From NCBI GenBank assembly GCA_034723395.1, contig JAYEOW010000010.1, positions 1 through 18,554 of the forward strand: a DNA stretch of 18,554 nucleotides, in the 5' to 3' direction. How positions within the stretch are numbered: the stretch's first letter is position 1; the number at the start of each line of letters is the position of its first letter. The position numbers and the translations under genes were made by a program. Origin of the DNA: Candidatus Margulisiibacteriota bacterium (GTDB lineage: Bacteria; Margulisbacteria; WOR-1; O2-12-FULL-45-9). Below, in pieces: positions 14,472 to 18,554 of the stretch. The notes under the pieces are model-generated. The model was not told the origin of the DNA and did no database searches. It saw nothing but the letters and a program-made list of their open reading frames with translations.

Positions 14472-16205
14472 CTATAATACCAAATTTAACAAACTTCCGA
14501 CAGTGATTGCGGTAATGACCATAATCAAAGCCGCCTTCAACATATCTTTCCATCCCAATTCCCGGAGTAATACGCTAAAAGTGGCGACACAAGGGAAAAA
14601 CATCGCCAGCACGACACAGGCCACAACCAATTGGTTAACGCTTAGGCCTAACGGCACCAGCATTCCGATAGCTACATCCTTTCTTAAGAATCCGATAACG
14701 ATCGCGGTCACCGCTTCCTTGGGCAGGCCCAACAGACCGGTAATTACCGGCGCCGTAATATTTGCTATAAAATCAAAAATACCCAAAAAATAAAGAAGAT
14801 TAACAACAAATACTCCTGCCAGAACAATGGGGAGAGCCTCTTTTAAAAACCCTTTAACGCGCCACCACAATTTTATTGATAAGATCCTAAGCGGAGGATA
14901 ACGGTAAGGGGGAATCTCAAGTAATAGCTCCGGACTGAATCCCGGCAAGATTTTATTTAAAACAAATCCGAGCAGCAGCCAGCTAAGCATCAATGTCCCG
15001 TAGACAATCGCCACCGGTCTACCGCCATAATCCCCCAGGATTCCAATGATCATCGCCTGTAGCGCCGCACAAGGAATTCCGATCGAAATCAGGGTTGATG
15101 CAATAAAACGCTCCCGCTTACTCTCTAATATTCTTGTAGCCAGTATCCCGGGGACATTGCATCCAAAACTAAGCAGGGTTGGAACGATCGCAAATCCGTG
15201 CAGGCCGACGCGGTGCATTAAGTTGTCCAGCAGGACTGCCAAACGCGGAAGATAGCCGGAATCTTCGAGTATTCCCAGAACCAGATAAAAAGCCAGGACA
15301 TATGGAAGGACCGCCCCTATAGGAACAAAAAGCCCGGTGGTTAAAACACCAAAAGATTGGAAATAATCTATCTCTCCGCCAATTAGTTTCCCGATCAGGA
15401 TATCATGCAGCAGGCCGGACGAGCCAAGCCATACGCCTAATTTCATCATTAACGGCGTATAGAAATTATTAAACATCGGCTCAGAAACATAACCGATCAG
15501 GCCTTCGCCGATAAACCGGATAACTTTAAAAGAGAGATAGGCTACCAGAGCTGCTACCGGCAACCCGGTCCTGGCATGGATAGTCAGGTCCTGGAACCGC
15601 TCCAATAATGTGTGGCGCCGGGGCTCGATCCGCTGCACTTCAAAAATTAGTTTTCCGATATCTTCCCAGCGCTCAAGCTTTGAATGTTTCCGGACCTCAG
15701 GTGTCCGCGCCTTGTAGATCTCAGCAATCAGACCGGCAAAGCCCTCCCCCGTCACCGCAACTGTCGGGATAACCGGGATCCCCAGCCATTTTGCAAGCTT
15801 TTCGATATCAATATGGATCCCCTTATGCTTTGTATCGTCCCACATGTTAAGGGCCAAAATAACCGGGACATTTTTTTCCATAAGCTCCAAAGTCAAATTA
15901 AGGTTCCTTTCCAAATTAGTGGCATCGATAATATTTATTATGATATCGCCCTGGAAAGACACTTCCTTGGTCGCCTCTTTGAACATTTCACAGGCGACAT
16001 CTTCTGCTTTACAGGTAGGCTCCAAAGTATAAGTCCCGGGAACATCGATAACTTCCACCTTTTCTTCGCCGATAAGCATATAGCCTTTAGTAAATTCAAC
16101 CGTAGTCCCCGGATAATTTGAAGTTACAACGTGCACTCCGGTCAACCTTGAAAAGAACGCGCTCTTTCCAACATTTGGGTTGCCCATTAAGAGGACTTTT
16201 CTCAT
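14472..16205 (-). CDS. feoB: Ferrous iron transporter FeoB, 577 aa
   Basis: G1 GNPNVGKS, NYPGTTVE, DVPGTY, NMWD; LEDSGYLPR, FGCNVPG and FFPCVAT gate motifs. Start MRKVLL (ATG 16205) forms an ATGA overlap with feoA. Confidence 0.96.
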   Translation of the reverse strand: MRKVLLMGNPNVGKSAFFSRLTGVHVVTSNYPGTTVEFTKGYMLIGEEKVEVIDVPGTYTLEPTCKAEDVACEMFKEATKEVSFQGDIIINIIDATNLERNLNLTLELMEKNVPVILALNMWDDTKHKGIHIDIEKLAKWLGIPVIPTVAVTGEGFAGLIAEIYKARTPEVRKHSKLERWEDIGKLIFEVQRIEPRRHTLLERFQDLTIHARTGLPVAALVAYLSFKVIRFIGEGLIGYVSEPMFNNFYTPLMMKLGVWLGSSGLLHDILIGKLIGGEIDYFQSFGVLTTGLFVPIGAVLPYVLAFYLVLGILEDSGYLPRLAVLLDNLMHRVGLHGFAIVPTLLSFGCNVPGILATRILESKRERFIASTLISIGIPCAALQAMIIGILGDYGGRPVAIVYGTLMLSWLLLGFVLNKILPGFSPELLLEIPPYRYPPLRILSIKLWWRVKGFLKEALPIVLAGVFVVNLLYFLGIFDFIANITAPVITGLLGLPKEAVTAIVIGFLRKDVAIGMLVPLGLSVNQLVVACVVLAMFFPCVATFSVLLRELGWKDMLKAALIMVITAITVGSLLNLVL

Positions 16206-16447
16206 TTCTTGACCTCCACTATGATTTTCGCCGCCATCCCATGCCCGATCCCAATCTGTGTCCCTCCCACCTGCGCGGTTACCGGCCCCCAAAGAAAGGC
16301 CCCGCTTTTTTTGGTTATCTGCATTCCCACCCTCAAGCCTAACGCTTGTAAACGCCTAAAAAGCCCTGAACCGCCTAATATCTCCCTGACAATCCCACTC
16401 TCACCCGTTTTCATATTATTTAAAGGAACCTTTTTATCTGCGCACAT
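16202..16447 (-). CDS. feoA: Ferrous iron transport protein FeoA, 81 aa
   Basis: RRLQALGLRVG, GPVT, IGIGHGMAAKIIVE; start reassigned to MCADKK (ATG 16447), right after the fur stop. Confidence 0.92.
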   Translation of the reverse strand: MCADKKVPLNNMKTGESGIVREILGGSGLFRRLQALGLRVGMQITKKSGAFLWGPVTAQVGGTQIGIGHGMAAKIIVEVKK

Positions 16448-16448
16448 T

Positions 16449-16877
16449 TCACTTCCCCTTTCCTTGGCATTTACCGCATATACTAAATATTTGCATCTGA
16501 TGTTGTTTACTATCGAAATTATATTTTTTACAAATCTTCTCCTGCCGTCTCTCCAGGTCCGAATCAAAAAACTCGATCACTTTACCGCATTTTCGGCAAA
16601 TAAAATGGTCATGATGTTTCCGATCAAGCACTTGCTCAAAGCGCTTCCTTTTGCCGGTAAAATTCATCTCAGCAGCTATCTTAGCATTTTTCAGAAGTTT
16701 AATCGTCCGGTAAACAGTGGTATGACCTATGCTTGGATATTTTTTTCTTAGCGTATAGTAAAGCTCATCCACACAAATATGCCCTTTCTTTGCCAAGAAC
16801 ATCTGCGCGATCGCAGTCCGCTGCCTGGTCAGCTTTAGGCTCTTCTGTTCTAAGTATTTTTTAAAATAATCGAGCAT
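16449..16877 (-). CDS. fur: Fur-family transcriptional repressor
   Basis: KLTRQR, TTVYRTIKLL, HHDHFICRKCG, C-terminal CGKC; heads the feoAB operon. Confidence 0.93.
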   Translation of the reverse strand: MLDYFKKYLEQKSLKLTRQRTAIAQMFLAKKGHICVDELYYTLRKKYPSIGHTTVYRTIKLLKNAKIAAEMNFTGKRKRFEQVLDRKHHDHFICRKCGKVIEFFDSDLERRQEKICKKYNFDSKQHQMQIFSICGKCQGKGK

Positions 16878-16905
16878 TTACAGCAACCCCCTCGATAAAC
16901 ACATT

Positions 16906-16936
16906 CTAAATGAAAATGAAATTCAATTTCATTTAG
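16906..16936. promoter_or_regulatory. Fur box (31-bp near-perfect palindrome)
   Basis: CTAAATGAAAATGAA-A-TTCAATTTCATTTAG; core 16912-16930 matches 14/19 of GATAATGATAATCATTATC; lies just downstream of the -10. Confidence 0.85.
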
Positions 16937-16937
16937 G

Positions 16938-16967
16938 ATAATACAACATTACTACTAATCAAGTCAA
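16938..16967 (-). promoter_or_regulatory. Promoter of the fur-feoAB operon
   Basis: TTGACT (16967-16962), N18, TATTAT (16943-16938). Confidence 0.6.
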
Positions 16968-17010
16968 CGGGGGGGGTAATTTATTTCTTAACTAGGGGCT
17001 ATTGCAGCTT

Positions 17011-17053
17011 GAGAGCGCTCTCCAATGCTGTCCATGATTTGAAGAGCGCCCTC
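17011..17053 (-). other. 15-bp RNA stem-loop in the 3' UTR of the NrdD-domain gene
   Basis: Minus strand GAGGGCGCTCTTCAA / 13-nt loop / TTGGAGAGCGCTCTC, fully paired with two G:U pairs; no U-tract. Confidence 0.65.
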
Positions 17054-17074
17054 TGCTCACATTAAAACGCATTA

Positions 17075-17371
17075 TTAAAAGACCAGTGTCCGATGTCGAT
17101 CCGCCAGCTCTCCCCTCTTCCCTTTATTCCATCCGGAAACCCTGGAGAAGTAGCCGGTAACCCTGGTGATATGCTCTACATTCCGGCCTCCTACTAAAAC
17201 CTTCTCCAATTTTTCAACAGTTAGGGAGGCTAAAGCCTTAGGCTCGATCTTTACCTTCTCCTTTTCGCCATCAAAGATCGAGTGCCGCAGATAGAGATTC
17301 CCATCGTCATCCTGCGCCCATTCAATATCCGGATTGCTTTCTAAAAAGGCATTTAATTCGTCGAGCGTCAT
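17075..17371 (-). CDS. Stand-alone class III ribonucleotide reductase (NrdD)-type glycyl-radical domain protein, 98 aa
   Basis: VEHITRVTGYFSRVSGWNKGKRGELADR matches the NrdD C-terminal RVxGY…WNxGK..E..DR motif. Own start MTLDEL (ATG 17371) with GGAGGTGA SD at 17383-17376. Confidence 0.85.
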   Translation of the reverse strand: MTLDELNAFLESNPDIEWAQDDDGNLYLRHSIFDGEKEKVKIEPKALASLTVEKLEKVLVGGRNVEHITRVTGYFSRVSGWNKGKRGELADRHRTLVF

Positions 17372-17381
17372 TTGTTCACCT

Positions 17382-17414
17382 CCCTCCTTCGCCCTCCGGG
17401 CTACGGAGGGCAAG
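17382..17414. repeat. REP-like GC-rich hairpin CCCTCCTTCGCCCTCCGGGCTACGGAGGGCAAG
   Basis: Stem GCCCTCCG (17391-17398)/CGGAGGGC (17404-17411) with GGCTA loop, plus a second CCCTCC copy at 17382-17387; intergenic. Confidence 0.55.
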
Positions 17415-17421
17415 CCATTAC

Positions 17422-17647
17422 TTATCTGTAGTGAAGTGCTAAGTCGGAAATATAGGTTTTATGGAGCATTTCGTGCATCTTGCTCTGGACCATGCTAAAA
17501 CACTTTCTGGCTTTGCACTTGCCGCTAAAAAGGCAGCTCCTTTTATTAAAGATACAATCACTGATCACGAGCGGCCCCTCGATCGCTTCGATCACTTCTG
17601 CCAGGTTAATCTTTTTTGGATCGATCGCCAAGCGCAGGCCTCCCCCC
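17422..17647 (-). pseudogene. Rrf2-family (IscR/NsrR-like) regulator, 5' half missing
   Basis: GGGLRLAIDPKKINLAEVIEAIEG followed by C-x6-C-x5-C and TYISDL; no winged HTH upstream (frame closes at 17697-17695) and no credible start. Confidence 0.8.
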
Positions 17648-18227
17648 AGCAATCGATGCCATGCAGGAAATGCTGGATGAAGAAGGCTTCTCCTTTAAAA
17701 CCAAAACAGAGATCAGCTCATTCATCGGCTACGGAGAACGGCCATTTATCGCCGGATCGATTGGATCAGAAGATGAGGATGATATCGCCCGGGGAAAAAA
17801 CAGCTACTATCGGATCTACGGGGAAAAGCTTCAAAAAATTAAACCATACCCCCATGTAAAAGAAATTTTAAAGTTGTTTAAAAATAAAAAAAAGATCATT
17901 ATTTCGAATAAAAAAGATATTTTTATTAAAATGATCTTGAAAAATCTTAAGTTAAACTCACTATTTGCCGAGGTATTAGGCGAAGACAGCATTGAGAACC
18001 ATAAACCCGACCCAACTTCGATCAACACACTACTGAAAAAATACAAAATAAATCCGCAAAGGGCACTTATCGTCGGAGATATGACCGTAGATATTGAAAC
18101 CGGTAAAAATGCCGGTACCCTGACCTGCGGGGTCGCTTATGGATTTCATGGCCGGGAAAAACTAATGAAAGCTAAACCGGATTTTCTGGTAGATGATCTA
18201 TCAGAGCTTAAGCAGTATATTTCTTAA
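17642..18227 (+). pseudogene. HAD-superfamily phosphatase (phosphoglycolate phosphatase-like), 5' end with DxD motif missing
   Basis: Cap region SFIGYG, motif II ISNK, III KPDP, IV VGDMTVDIETG, GVAYGF; no DxDGT motif, and the frame closes upstream at TAA 17607-17609. Confidence 0.8.
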
Positions 18228-18525
18228 CCGCTTCTTCAAATGCCGGTTCCGGCCGAAATCCTACCAAACGATCTACTTCCTGGCCATCCTTAAAAACAAT
18301 AACGCATGGAATACCGGTTACTCCCAGCTCTCCCGCTTTCTGCATATTGCTGGTCGTGTTGACCTTAACGAATGTAATATCTGGATATTTTTTAGACATT
18401 TTATCAAAGACCGGCGCCATCATTACGCACGGTCCGCACCAGGGGGCCCAGAAATCAACGAATACCACCCCCTGATTCTGTTCTACTTCCTTTACAAAAT
18501 CCGCATCAGTTATCTCTTTAGCCAT
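18208..18525 (-). CDS. trxA: Thioredoxin
   Basis: VDFWAPWCGPC, GVTGIP, FKDGQEVDRLVG; GAGGGGG SD. Confidence 0.95.
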   Translation of the reverse strand: MAKEITDADFVKEVEQNQGVVFVDFWAPWCGPCVMMAPVFDKMSKKYPDITFVKVNTTSNMQKAGELGVTGIPCVIVFKDGQEVDRLVGFRPEPAFEEAVKKYTA

Positions 18526-18554
18526 AATTACCCCCTCTTTTCCAAAGTTATTTT

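Noticed and set aside
16992..17072. 26-codon minus-strand ORF after the NrdD-domain stop (MRFNVSRGRSSNHGQHWRALSSCNSP)
   Set aside because: No SD and it coincides with the RNA hairpin, which explains the sequence better.
18208..18227. 20-bp convergent overlap of the HAD gene and trxA as a regulatory device
   Set aside because: Short tail-to-tail overlaps are common in compact genomes; nothing else supports a function.

Overview
AT-rich bacterial chromosomal window, probably from a diderm anaerobe (TonB system, Omp85 barrel, lipoproteins, Feo, class III RNR motif); the taxon cannot be fixed from sequence alone. It holds two minus-strand metal-homeostasis clusters. (1) nikR-exbB-exbD-tonB-TonB-dependent receptor-ZnuA/TroA-like ABC transporter-SAM methyltransferase, with GTAACAC NikR-like boxes in three intergenic gaps, interrupted at its 3' end by an internally deleted ISL3 element (1442-2506). 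(2) fur-feoA-feoB-ferritin/rubrerythrin-like gene with a near-perfect Fur palindrome, preceded by a stand-alone 98-aa protein carrying only the class III ribonucleotide reductase glycyl-radical C-terminus, a 5'-deleted rrf2, a 5'-deleted HAD phosphatase and thioredoxin. Between them is an accessory region of small envelope genes (zincin, chagasin-type lipoprotein, DUF5652-like, SemiSWEET, POTRA-less Omp85, DUF6790-like) and decayed ORF6N, IS3 and Ntn-hydrolase remnants. Two genes are missing from the ORF track: a 26-aa, 18-Lys micropeptide with its own promoter, perfect Shine-Dalgarno and tandem terminators (13860-13940, -) and a 44-aa single-TM protein (9685-9819, +). Several genes look leaderless, and deletion scars recur across the window. 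Family assignments come from motif recognition, not database searches.
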